A stretch of 64,000 bases of DNA, from NCBI GenBank assembly GCA_963750165.1, contig CAVVPN010000003.1, positions 3,328,001 to 3,392,000 on the forward strand, written 5' to 3'. Below the pieces are notes generated by a model. That model worked only from the letters and a program-made list of their open reading frames with translations, was not told where the DNA came from and did no database searches. Positions 31,448-43,164 of the stretch are shown here, piece after piece (position 1 is the first letter of the stretch; each line of letters begins with the position of its first letter). Made by a program: the position numbers and the translations under genes. Source of the DNA: an uncultured Gemmataceae bacterium (lineage in GTDB: Bacteria; Planctomycetota; Planctomycetia; Gemmatales; Gemmataceae).

Positions 31448-33787
31448 ATGGTGGAACGAGGTAATCGCTACGTCTGGCGAAAGCTTAATAGCATTGCCTT
31501 CTGCCAGAAGGCCGTTATCCTCTGCGTCTCGGTTTATTTCTTCGTCGTCTTGGTTTACGTATTCTTTTCCGTCCTCCCAGTGGCCGCCAAGATCCACCTC
31601 CCCGCCGAACCCTTCGCAATTTTCGCCGGGCTGCTGCTCATCGTCGGACTGATTAGCACCGTGTTCGTCTTCCAGCTCGCGACCGAGGTCCATGGCGTCG
31701 GCCTGGGGGTTCTCCTGGGCTTTTTGACGCTCGTCCCCGTCCTGGGGCTCATCGTCCTGCTGGTCATCAACGGGAAAGCGACCGCATTCCTGAAGAGGCA
31801 TGGTATCCGCGTCGGCTTTTTTGGGGCAGACATGTTGGCGTTCGAGGGGGAGGGGAGGCGGCCGGACGGCGGTGGGGGCGTGAAGGCAGTCTACGACGGG
31901 GGACAAACCGAGGAACCCCAGGCCACGGCCGCCAGCCTGTTGCCCCCCATCGCCGCTCCCTTACCCAGGGACGACAACCCGTTCGCCGGACTCATCGCGG
32001 CGCCCCCACCCGCCCGGAACAATAGGTCTTCGGCCTTGCCCACGGAGCAACCGCGCCGTTGGCCCGACGAGGTCCGGGATGAGGAAGCCGGCGAGCGGCC
32101 GCGCCGCCGCCGGCCCGTTCCCGCGTCTACAGGGAACAGTGCCTTGTGGTGGATTTTACCGACGGTCTGCGGCGTGCTGCTTCTGGTCGGCGCTTTGGCG
32201 ACGGTTGTCCTCGTGGTGGTGAATCAGGCAACCAGCGAACGGCTCGATGAGCGCGAAGCACAATTATTCAAGGACCCTCAGGAACAAGAACGGGGTTTCA
32301 GGGACCTTCAGGAACAAGAACGCGCCCGCATGCTTCAGGAGCAGGCACTTCAGCAGGCCAGGCAGGAGCAGGCATTTCAGCAGGCCACGCAGGGGCCGCA
32401 CGTGGAAGTGCAGTTGAACATGAACGACTTCCAGCGAATGAATCCTCTGGTCGGCCAGATCGTGGAGATCCAAGGGCGAATTGACCTGCTCACCACCCAG
32501 GGGAAAAAAGTACGCCTGGTTGAAGGAGAACCGGTCGCCGGCCTCGTTGCCGTGCTGGCGACCGATTTGACGCGCGACTTCATCGCGGATCGCGTGGCGG
32601 CCGAGAACAAATATCGGTGCGACGAGGTCCCGCCGCACCGGCTCATCGTGCATGGGTCGGTGACGGCCGTCCACCCGCAACACTTTGTCGTGGTGCTGGC
32701 GGGCGCGGAAGGCGGCGTCAAGGTCGAGCCGCTGCCGCCGGTCCGCGAGCAGTGGCACGACCAGTGGCGGCGCGGCAAGGTGTACGACCCGGTCGAAGGG
32801 AGTCTGAAACTCACGTCCCAGTTGACTGGTGAAGATGACCGCCTTAAAAAGGGCCCGCACTTGCGTAAAGTATTTCTAGTCCGCCTGGAAGCGGGGCTAG
32901 ATTACACGATACGGATGAACGGCCGCGATCCTGTTGGATTCGATCCGATCCTGGTACTTGAGGATGGCGCGGGCAAAAAGTTGGACAGCAACGACAACGC
33001 CCCTGGCGAGAACACGCTCGACGCGCGTATCGATTTCGCTTGCGCGAAAAGCGGCGTTTACCGAGTCATTGCCACCACCCGGGGCCCTAACTCGACGGGT
33101 GATTTTACCTTGCTCATTTCTGGAAAAGCGGGGAAGAAGGGGGCACCGAACGATGACAAGAAATCGTCGCGGCCCGACCAGTGGGAACGGGGAAAAATCT
33201 ACGAACTTGTTGGCGGCGCCCCGTTGCTCCTCACCTCCCGGTTGGGTGCGGGCGAGGAACGCGTGTTTTTGGTACGGCTGAACGCAGGCTACCATTACAC
33301 GATGCACTTGAACCGGCAATCGCCGCCACCCTTCGACCCCTTATTGCGCCTGGTCGATGCGAACAACAAAGAACTGGGCCGCGCCTCACCCATTGAGTTC
33401 CTCTGTCCGCAAGACGGCGTTTTTCAGGTTGTGGCCGCGAGCACCGGCGTGAACGGGACGGGGGATTTCACGCTGTTCATCCTCCGGAAGAAAGAAAAAA
33501 TCAAGGTCAAGGAACCCGAGGCGGACAAGCTGCCGGCGGCGGACGCTCCGCGCGTCACGGTCAAGAGCAAGAAAGCGATCTACGGCATCGCGTTGTCACC
33601 TTCGGGTTCTTTGCTCTCCTGGAACAGCGCCCGTGTGTGGAATGTGGAGATGGGCCAAACCCTGATGGTCTTCCGGTTGCCCCCCGGGGCACTCCAGGCG
33701 GTCTCTCTGTCCGGCAACGGAAGGGTGCTGGCCGTTTCTTGTCGCGATCAAACGATTCGGGTTTGGGACGTGCCGCAGGCAAAATGA
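31448..33787 (+). CDS. Mosaic membrane protein (TM helices, Q/E-rich coil, OB-fold-like region, two PPC-like domains, WD40 remnants)
   Basis: Two copies of VFLVRL.AG..YT..[M/L]N...FDP.L.L.D...GV[Y/F].V.A....TGDFTL; C-terminal DQTIRVWD. Confidence 0.65.
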   Translation: MVERGNRYVWRKLNSIAFCQKAVILCVSVYFFVVLVYVFFSVLPVAAKIHLPAEPFAIFAGLLLIVGLISTVFVFQLATEVHGVGLGVLLGFLTLVPVLGLIVLLVINGKATAFLKRHGIRVGFFGADMLAFEGEGRRPDGGGGVKAVYDGGQTEEPQATAASLLPPIAAPLPRDDNPFAGLIAAPPPARNNRSSALPTEQPRRWPDEVRDEEAGERPRRRRPVPASTGNSALWWILPTVCGVLLLVGALATVVLVVVNQATSERLDEREAQLFKDPQEQERGFRDLQEQERARMLQEQALQQARQEQAFQQATQGPHVEVQLNMNDFQRMNPLVGQIVEIQGRIDLLTTQGKKVRLVEGEPVAGLVAVLATDLTRDFIADRVAAENKYRCDEVPPHRLIVHGSVTAVHPQHFVVVLAGAEGGVKVEPLPPVREQWHDQWRRGKVYDPVEGSLKLTSQLTGEDDRLKKGPHLRKVFLVRLEAGLDYTIRMNGRDPVGFDPILVLEDGAGKKLDSNDNAPGENTLDARIDFACAKSGVYRVIATTRGPNSTGDFTLLISGKAGKKGAPNDDKKSSRPDQWERGKIYELVGGAPLLLTSRLGAGEERVFLVRLNAGYHYTMHLNRQSPPPFDPLLRLVDANNKELGRASPIEFLCPQDGVFQVVAASTGVNGTGDFTLFILRKKEKIKVKEPEADKLPAADAPRVTVKSKKAIYGIALSPSGSLLSWNSARVWNVEMGQTLMVFRLPPGALQAVSLSGNGRVLAVSCRDQTIRVWDVPQAK

Positions 33788-33944
33788 TTGTCAGACCAAC
33801 CAATGATTTTGTTAAACCCGGGGAGAAAAAGGGCCCATTCAAGGTTAAAACTCCGATTGACGGGCTGCTTCGTGGAGTTCAAGGTATCTTTCGCGTGCGT
33901 CGGCGGCCGGGCCCAAGCGGACGCGATCCCGGGAGGGCGATCCG

Positions 33945-34826
33945 ATGGCGATCGAGCGGGAGGCGCTGCGCGACTGGCACCGGCTGTTCGGCCTGCTGCT
34001 GACCGACTTCTTCAGCGGCTCGCCCTTCGTGGTCGAGGTTGAGCGCGACCTGTCGGTGCAGCAGCAATTGCTCGACGTGCTGATCGTGCGCCGGGGCCGC
34101 GGGCGCTTCGCCGGCCGACTGCCCGACGGCCTGGACGGATTGCGGCTCCACAACCTGCTTACCTTCAAGTCGCACCACGAGGCGCTGGACGCCTGGGCCA
34201 TCAAGGAACTGATTCACCACTACGTGGCCTACCGCAAATTCGTCAGCCCCGCGCCGTCCGCGCTGCTGCCGGAAGACCAGTTCGGCCTGTACGCGGTGGC
34301 CGCCCGCTTCCCCCACAACCTGGCGCAACAAGTACCCTGGCAGCGGGTGCAAAGAGGCGTATATGATTGCCTGTGGGGGACGGACACGATCCGCGTGTTG
34401 GTGGCGGGCGAACTGGCGCGTGAGCCGCACAACGCCCCGCTGCACCTGTTCAGCGCCGCGCCGGAGTTGGTCGCGTTCGGCGGCGCCGCCTACCAACGGC
34501 ACTCGGAGCAGACCAGCCGGTTGCTCAATCAACTGTTCGAGAGGTTTCAAGGGGAGGGCTTCGCCGTGTCGTACACGATGGAGGATTTCAACCGGCAGTA
34601 CATCATGGAGCACTTCCAGAAGTTGACTCCGGAGGAACAAGAGAAAGTGTTGCAGGCGATGCCGCCGGAACAGCGCCTGGCGGGCCTGCCGCCGGAACAG
34701 CGCCTGGCGGGCCTGCCGCCGGAACAGCGCCTGGCGGGCCTGTCCGAGGAGCAGATCCGGCAATACCTGGAACGGTTGACACCCAAGCCTTCCGCCGCCC
34801 CGCGCAAGCCGCGGCGGAAGAAGTAA
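33945..34826 (+). CDS. Rpn-like PD-(D/E)XK family protein with C-terminal PPEQRLAGL repeats
   Basis: ERDLS.QQQLLDVLIVR...NLLTFKS core, followed by SYTMEDF and the tandem repeats. Confidence 0.7.
   Translation: MAIEREALRDWHRLFGLLLTDFFSGSPFVVEVERDLSVQQQLLDVLIVRRGRGRFAGRLPDGLDGLRLHNLLTFKSHHEALDAWAIKELIHHYVAYRKFVSPAPSALLPEDQFGLYAVAARFPHNLAQQVPWQRVQRGVYDCLWGTDTIRVLVAGELAREPHNAPLHLFSAAPELVAFGGAAYQRHSEQTSRLLNQLFERFQGEGFAVSYTMEDFNRQYIMEHFQKLTPEEQEKVLQAMPPEQRLAGLPPEQRLAGLPPEQRLAGLSEEQIRQYLERLTPKPSAAPRKPRRKK
34661..34741 (+). repeat. Perfect 27-bp tandem repeat x3 (coding)
   Basis: GCCGCCGGAACAGCGCCTGGCGGGCCT x3. Confidence 0.97.
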
Positions 34827-34870
34827 CGAGCGGTCATCAGGTTGTACACGTTCGTCGAGGCGGTTGAGGC

Positions 34871-35827
34871 TTGAGCGACAACATGAAGGCGGCGCTGCGT
34901 GAAATCCAGGTCATCGACTCGCACACCGGCGGCGAGCCGACGCGCGTGGTCATCGCCGGCGGCCCCGACTTGCCGGCGCTGCCGCTGCGGGAACGGCTGG
35001 CCCTGCTCCGCACCGAACACGACACCATCCGCTCCGCCGTGGTCAACGAGCCGCGCGGCTCGGACACCGTCGTCGGTGCCCTGCTGTGTCCGCCCACCGA
35101 TCCCACCTGTGCCGCGGGCGTCATCTTCTTCAACAACGTCGGCTACCTGGGCATGTGCGGCCACGGCACCATCGGCCTGCTCGTGACCCTGGCGCACCTG
35201 GGCCGCGTCCAGCCCGGCACGCACCGCATTGAAACCCCGGTCGGCGTCGTCAGCGCCCGCCTCCACGACGCCAGCACCGTCACCGTCCGCAACGTCGCCA
35301 GCTACCGCCACGCGGCTTGGGTTGCGGTGGAGGTGCCGGGCCACGGCCGCGTGGTCGGCGATGTCGCCTGGGGCGGCAACTGGTTTTTCCTGGTCAGCGA
35401 CCACGGCCAGGAATTGACGCTGAAGAACGTGGAGCAGTTGACCGAGTTCACGTGGCGCGTCCGCCAGGCGCTGACCGCGCAGCACATCACCGGTGCAGAC
35501 GGGCAGGAGATCGACCACATCGAACTGTTCGGCCCGTCGGCGGTCGCGGACAGCCGCAATTTCGTGCTGTGTCCCGGCAAGGCGTACGACCGTTCGCCGT
35601 GCGGCACCGGCACCAGCGCCAGGCTCGCCTGCCTCGTGGCCGACGGTAAACTGCGGCCCGGCGACACGTGGCGGCAGGAGAGCATCGTCGGCAGCGTCTT
35701 CGAGGGCGGCGTCGAAATCGTCGATGGCCGCGTGTACCCGAGCATCACCGGCACCGCGTTCGTCACCGCCGAGGCCCGGCTGCTGTTCGATCCGGCCGAC
35801 CCGTTCCGTCTGGGGATTCGGGCATGA
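34871..35827 (+). CDS. Proline racemase family, probable 4-hydroxyproline 2-epimerase
   Basis: [18 protein letters not shown] and [11 protein letters not shown]; both catalytic Cys present. Confidence 0.93.
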   Translation: MSDNMKAALREIQVIDSHTGGEPTRVVIAGGPDLPALPLRERLALLRTEHDTIRSAVVNEPRGSDTVVGALLCPPTDPTCAAGVIFFNNVGYLGMCGHGTIGLLVTLAHLGRVQPGTHRIETPVGVVSARLHDASTVTVRNVASYRHAAWVAVEVPGHGRVVGDVAWGGNWFFLVSDHGQELTLKNVEQLTEFTWRVRQALTAQHITGADGQEIDHIELFGPSAVADSRNFVLCPGKAYDRSPCGTGTSARLACLVADGKLRPGDTWRQESIVGSVFEGGVEIVDGRVYPSITGTAFVTAEARLLFDPADPFRLGIRA

Positions 35828-36996
35828 GCGCCGTGCCAGACGCGGTCATCATCGGCGGTGGCATCGTCGGCGCCGCCTGCGCCCTGGAACTGGCCCGCGC
35901 CGGCCTGCGTGTGACCGTGGTCGAGGCGGGCGTCCTCGGCGGCGGCGCCACCGCGGCGGGCATGGGCCACATCGTCGTCATGGACGACTCCGAGGCGCAG
36001 TTCGCGCTGACACGCTATTCGCAACAACTGTGGGACGAGGCCGCGGCGGAGTTGCCGGCCGACGTGGAGTTTTCCCGCTGCGGCACACTCTGGGTGGCGG
36101 CGGACGCGGACGAACTGCAGGAGGTGCGGCGCAAGCAGCAGTTCTACACGGCCCGCGGTGTGGCGGTAGAGGTGCTCGATGCGCGGCAGCTGGCAGAGGC
36201 CGAACCGCAGTTGGGGCCGGGGCTGGCGGGCGGTCTGCGCGTGCCGGGTGACAGCGTGATTTACCCGCCGTGTGCCGCCCGCCATTTCCTCGACCGGGCC
36301 GCGGCGCTCGGGGCGGTGGTGCGCGAGCGGGCGCCGGTGGCCGCCGTCCGCCACGGTGCTGTGCGGTTGCGCGACGGCTCGGAACTGGCCGTGGGCCTGG
36401 TCGTGAACGCCGCCGGCACCTGGGCGCCCGAGCTGACACCCGGCGTGGAGGTTCGCAAGCGCAAGGGTCATCTCGTCATCACCGACCGCTACCCAGGCTT
36501 TGTACGCCATCAATTGGTGGAGCTGGGCTACCTGAAAAGTGCGCATGCCGTGACGGCCGATTCCGTGGCGTTCAACGTGCAGCCGCGGCCCAACGGCCAG
36601 CTGCTGATCGGCTCATCGCGGCAGTTCGGGGCGGAGGGTTCCGCGGTCGAGCCAGCCATGCTCGGCCGCATGCTCGCCCGCGCCGTGGCGTACCTGCCGG
36701 GGCTGGGCCGCTTGACGGCGCTGCGGGCCTGGACGGGCTTTCGCGCCGCCACGCCGGACAAGCTGCCGCTCATCGGCCCCTGTCCCGGCGTGGACGGCCT
36801 GTACCTGGCGACGGGGCACGAGGGGCTGGGCATCACCACGTCGCTGGGCACCGCCCGGCTGCTGGCGGACCAGATTTTGCAGCGCACGCCAGCGATTCCG
36901 TGGGAGCCGTACCGGGCCGGCCGCACGGCGGAGGCGGCCGCGCCTGAAACAGGCTCTTGTGGAAAGGACACCGGATCGGTACGTTCTCTCGGATAA
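35824..36996 (+). CDS. FAD-dependent D-amino-acid oxidase family (D-hydroxyproline dehydrogenase subunit-like)
   Basis: [26 protein letters not shown] and [12 protein letters not shown] overlap with the epimerase. Confidence 0.88.
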   Translation: MSAVPDAVIIGGGIVGAACALELARAGLRVTVVEAGVLGGGATAAGMGHIVVMDDSEAQFALTRYSQQLWDEAAAELPADVEFSRCGTLWVAADADELQEVRRKQQFYTARGVAVEVLDARQLAEAEPQLGPGLAGGLRVPGDSVIYPPCAARHFLDRAAALGAVVRERAPVAAVRHGAVRLRDGSELAVGLVVNAAGTWAPELTPGVEVRKRKGHLVITDRYPGFVRHQLVELGYLKSAHAVTADSVAFNVQPRPNGQLLIGSSRQFGAEGSAVEPAMLGRMLARAVAYLPGLGRLTALRAWTGFRAATPDKLPLIGPCPGVDGLYLATGHEGLGITTSLGTARLLADQILQRTPAIPWEPYRAGRTAEAAAPETGSCGKDTGSVRSLG

Positions 36997-37038
36997 GATC
37001 GCCGCAGACCGTTCGAGGAGATCGTTGGGATGTCCGAA

Positions 37039-37164
37039 CTCGAGCGGTTCGCAGTTGCATGGACCACGAACAGCAGGCCGGCACTGGCGAGCCGTCCTGC
37101 CAGCGGCGCGCACCGTTCCCAGGCGCCGAATCTCGGCGTGTGAAAAAGATGGCCCCCTTTGCGC
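37039..37164 (-). mobile_element. Copy of the MITE-like element at 3727-3866, inverted
   Basis: About 125 bp of alignable sequence, with the CTCGAGCGGTTCGCAGT end. Confidence 0.7.
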
Positions 37165-37340
37165 ATCCCGCTGACGTATTACCTGGCGCTGCCGGAGATG
37201 GACCTGGGAGCGGACCGCGGCGGAGCCGGAGGACCGCTTCCAGACCCGCTGGGATGTGCTGCAGAGGGTGTTCGAGGACGCCCCGCAGAAGTTGACGCGG
37301 TGGACGCCGGTCTTCAACTCGTGCTCCTCGGTCTCCCGCA

Positions 37341-39832
<2,492 letters not shown>

Positions 39833-40048
39833 GAGCCCCTGCAGCGGTATTCGTGCGTGTACACACTATCGGAATTGAGATGTTACGACAACTGCGGCGT
39901 GGATGCCAGTGAGAAAAGAATGAGAGTGCGCAGCGGGACGAAGGTTAAAGACTGGTCCGGTGTGAGGCTCGTGCCAACCTGTGCCACTCGGCCTGTCCCG
40001 GGGGCTGCTCGCCCAATCACACCACCGAGTACATGGATACTCTTGCCG

Positions 40049-40501
40049 TCAGGAACGATTCGCCCCTTCAGAGGAATCTGGCCGAGGCGCAGCCCCACCT
40101 TGATCCTTGGCCGGCTCTGCGTACCCGCCCCCCTCGCGTAGCTGCCGGATCTCCTCCCAGGCGCCCTGGTGAAAGCGGGCGATGAAGTCACGGATGACGG
40201 CGAGTTCCTGGGTGCTGTACCCGGCGCACAGGTCGGCCAGCGCCCGCGCGATCGACTGGAACAGCGGCCCGATTTCCCGTTCAATCCGCTCGGGAACCGG
40301 CACGACGACGACGCGCACAACACGATCATCGCCGGCAACGCGGCCAACCCCAACAAGGGCCCCGATGTCAACGGCACGTTCACCACGCAGGGCTTCAACC
40401 TCATCGGCGTGCAGGACACCGCCACCTCCAGCTTCGCCAACGGCGTGAACCACAACGCCCAGATCCTCGGCTCCGGCGAAGCCTTCTCCAAGCGCGCTTG
40501 A
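40049..40501. pseudogene. Joined fragments: MarR C-terminal half (minus strand) and adhesin/choice-of-anchor-like fragment (plus strand)
   Basis: Minus: RVVVVPVPERI...YSTQELAVIRDF. Plus: HNTIIAGN..PDVNGTFTTQGFNLIG. Junction near 40315. Confidence 0.6.
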
Positions 40502-40533
40502 AAGTAGGTGCCGCTCGCCAAAGCATTTAAGCG

Positions 40534-40598
40534 GAACAGGGGACGCGGCTCAATCATACGATTGTGAAAATCGTATGATTGAGCCGCGTCCCCTGTTC
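40534..40598. repeat. REP-like perfect palindrome
   Basis: GAACAGGGGACGCGGCTCAATCATACGATT-GTGAA-AATCGTATGATTGAGCCGCGTCCCCTGTTC. Confidence 0.85.
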
Positions 40599-40643
40599 GC
40601 CCTCCCGAAAGCATGGCACCCGGCATTGGCTCGTGTTCGTCGG

Positions 40644-41390
40644 TCAGTCCCACCAAACTTGTAAAATCTCACGATTGGCGTCGGGGCCGCCGAAGCAGCC
40701 GAGCATCCGACCAACCATTTCCCCCTCGATGAAGTGCATCTCGTCCGCCGCCCAGTCCTTCGTGACCTCCTGCCAGCGTTCGCGCTTCCCCGCGTCCGTC
40801 AAAATGAATAGCGTGTCCACGTTCCAGGTGCTCTCGATGTCGCGGAGCTTGATGAGGTCGGTTCGCAGCGGGGAAAGCGGCGGCCCGTGGTCGGTGGGCA
40901 AGTAAAACGCCCGGTCCATGACGGCGCCGTGCCACAGGTGACGGTGCTTCAGCAAATCGCGAATGACCACGAACGGGTCAAAGCCGTTGAAGCCGCCTTC
41001 CAGCATCAGCATGAATTGCAACTTCTCGGCGCGCGACAGGTACTGGTCCGGCTGATTCCAGAGGAACACCTGCCAGGCGTCCACGTCCTTTTCCTCGGGC
41101 AGTTCCACCGTCATGGCCTTCACCTTCGCGATCATGGAGTTCGGCGGCGCCGGGTAGGTTTCCCTCTCGCCGACATCGGACAGCATTGTTTTCATCTCGT
41201 CGATCAGGGCCAGGAAATCGCCGCTGGAGCGCAAACCGTCGGCCATGTCCAGGGCCATCTCCACCGTCAGCGCCGCCCCCATCCGTTCGTGTTCGGTCTT
41301 GACGGCCGCCAGTTCTTGCTTGAGCCGGGCGTTCTCCTCGAGCAAGCGCTGAAGCGCTTCCTGACCGCCGTGTTCGTTGTGGTCTGGCAT
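40644..41390 (-). CDS. Hypothetical protein ending in VWWD
   Basis: RBS GGGAGAG before the ATG; N-terminal coil; LIKLRDI..WNVDTLFIL core. Confidence 0.7.
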   Translation of the reverse strand: MPDHNEHGGQEALQRLLEENARLKQELAAVKTEHERMGAALTVEMALDMADGLRSSGDFLALIDEMKTMLSDVGERETYPAPPNSMIAKVKAMTVELPEEKDVDAWQVFLWNQPDQYLSRAEKLQFMLMLEGGFNGFDPFVVIRDLLKHRHLWHGAVMDRAFYLPTDHGPPLSPLRTDLIKLRDIESTWNVDTLFILTDAGKRERWQEVTKDWAADEMHFIEGEMVGRMLGCFGGPDANREILQVWWD

Positions 41391-41546
41391 GATTCTCTCC
41401 CGTTCGAGTCCCCCTGAAGCCAGAATACCGCGTCGATCCCCATCTGGCAAAGCACCTACCCGGGCCGGGCGGCGCGTTACTCGGAAGACGTGAAACTTCC
41501 CCATTACCGTCCACGGCCGCCTGTTCGTTGTCCACCCACCCTGGAT

Positions 41547-42017
41547 TCAGGGTGTCGTTGTCGCGGCGCCGTCCTCGCGAACCTGCTGCATGATGAAGGC
41601 GACCAGAACCACCAGCCTCGACGAGGGGTTCGAGACCATCCAGCGGAAATGGCCCTCCAAGGCATTCTTGTTCTCGTAAAGGTGCTCGGTCTGGGTCGGG
41701 ATGCTTTCCCAACTTCCCCGCGAATACCAGCGCTGAATCGGATAACCAACTTCAGACAACTGGTACACTCCCAGGTCAGACGGTGGCCCGTCATGCCCCA
41801 CCCTGCGCAAGAGCAATTGGAAAGCCGGTGGAGACTCGTCCGGCCTCGGCAACGGGACCAAGTCCAAGGCGGCAGCCCCACTGGTGACGTTCGCTATCGC
41901 TTCTGCGGCCCGGGATGCGCAATCGCGCAACTCATCGGCGACTCGTGGTGCGCCAACCTTGGCCTGGGTGATGGCATCGCGAAGCAACTGTTCGTAGTCC
42001 ACTGCCGACGTAGTCAT
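41547..42017 (-). CDS. Hypothetical protein translationally coupled to the EEP nuclease gene
   Basis: ATGA overlap with the upstream gene; 156-aa ORF. Confidence 0.75.
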   Translation of the reverse strand: MTTSAVDYEQLLRDAITQAKVGAPRVADELRDCASRAAEAIANVTSGAAALDLVPLPRPDESPPAFQLLLRRVGHDGPPSDLGVYQLSEVGYPIQRWYSRGSWESIPTQTEHLYENKNALEGHFRWMVSNPSSRLVVLVAFIMQQVREDGAATTTP

Positions 42018-43024
42018 TTTGCAGCCCCCGAGAGAATGACCCTTCCAACGATGGGAAGATGATCCGAGATTCCGGGTTGTTCGGCCACCTCGAACGGCCG
42101 AAGAATTCCATCCGGCGACCTCATGGCGGCTGTGACGGCCACCCGAGTGTTTGCCTCATCAAGGTAAGGGGGCGGGGCACAAAGGAGGCCGCCTGAAACG
42201 ATCAAGTGATCGAACGTGCGCCAGCCGAGATCCTTGTTGTAAAAAGTCCCCGCCAGGCCCGGACTCGGTGCCCCGCCTCCGTACGCCACCTGCTCACCGA
42301 GGTATCGCCATGCGGCATTATACAGACGCACCCGCCTCTGATTATGATCACGCCAGTGAGTTGGCTGACGTCCCGAGTCGTGGTCTCGGGCCGCCGAAAG
42401 GTTCGCCTCGAACTCGAACATGTCCGCGGTCGGCTCTTCATTCAGATCCCCGAGGATGACGGTGTGGCGATCCAAAGAAACGCGCGCCGTTTTCGGTTGC
42501 AGGAATGAATAAGTGTCATCCCGGAGGTAATCGGCCAGTTTCTGCCTCGTTGATCGGGAACGGAGCTTGCCGAACGAGGTCCAATGGCACGCCACGAACC
42601 GAATGATCTGGCCCGCCTGAGTGTACCGGATCGGGATCATCGGTCGCGTTTCTTCCGAAACGGCCAAATCCTCGAACGGCAACAGCGGGGGGTCGGTTGA
42701 GAACCCGATTCCTTTGCGGTAGATGACCGCAACCTGGAACCCGTCATCGTGCGGGTAAGTAGGGGCAACCGCAACAGCGAAGGTGGGCGACATGCGACCA
42801 GCCAACTCGGACGCCGCCTCCCGGGTCACCTCGCAGACCGCCAACAGGTCCGGGAAGCCGCCCGCGAACAATTCCTGGAGCGCCGCCAGTATGCGGTCTC
42901 GCTTGGCCTCAAAGTCCTCAGCCCGCTTCGGCCACCTGGGCTCACTCGCATGGCCCGCATCGAAATGAGCGAAATCGTGCAGGTTCCACCAACAGAACGA
43001 GATCGCGGTTTGTTGTCCGGCCAT
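42014..43024 (-). CDS. Endonuclease/exonuclease/phosphatase (EEP, DNase I-like) family protein
   Basis: WWNL, LAVCEV, CHWTS, ILGDLNEEP, FDHLIVS and SDHLPI catalytic motifs. Confidence 0.9.
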   Translation of the reverse strand: MAGQQTAISFCWWNLHDFAHFDAGHASEPRWPKRAEDFEAKRDRILAALQELFAGGFPDLLAVCEVTREAASELAGRMSPTFAVAVAPTYPHDDGFQVAVIYRKGIGFSTDPPLLPFEDLAVSEETRPMIPIRYTQAGQIIRFVACHWTSFGKLRSRSTRQKLADYLRDDTYSFLQPKTARVSLDRHTVILGDLNEEPTADMFEFEANLSAARDHDSGRQPTHWRDHNQRRVRLYNAAWRYLGEQVAYGGGAPSPGLAGTFYNKDLGWRTFDHLIVSGGLLCAPPPYLDEANTRVAVTAAMRSPDGILRPFEVAEQPGISDHLPIVGRVILSGAAK

Positions 43025-43164
43025 TCGGTCCCCCTTACGGAGGCCATCAACCAATGACGCCCGGGCCATACTATTGGCCCGCATCTGAACTGGCACGACA
43101 TGTTGATTTGGTGGTTCAACGGTGGCTATGTCCACAGGCCTGAGTCGCACACCTCTCGCTACCG

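Noticed and set aside
34661..34741. 27-bp direct repeats as a mini-CRISPR
   Set aside because: The copies are head-to-tail with no spacers and encode a peptide repeat.
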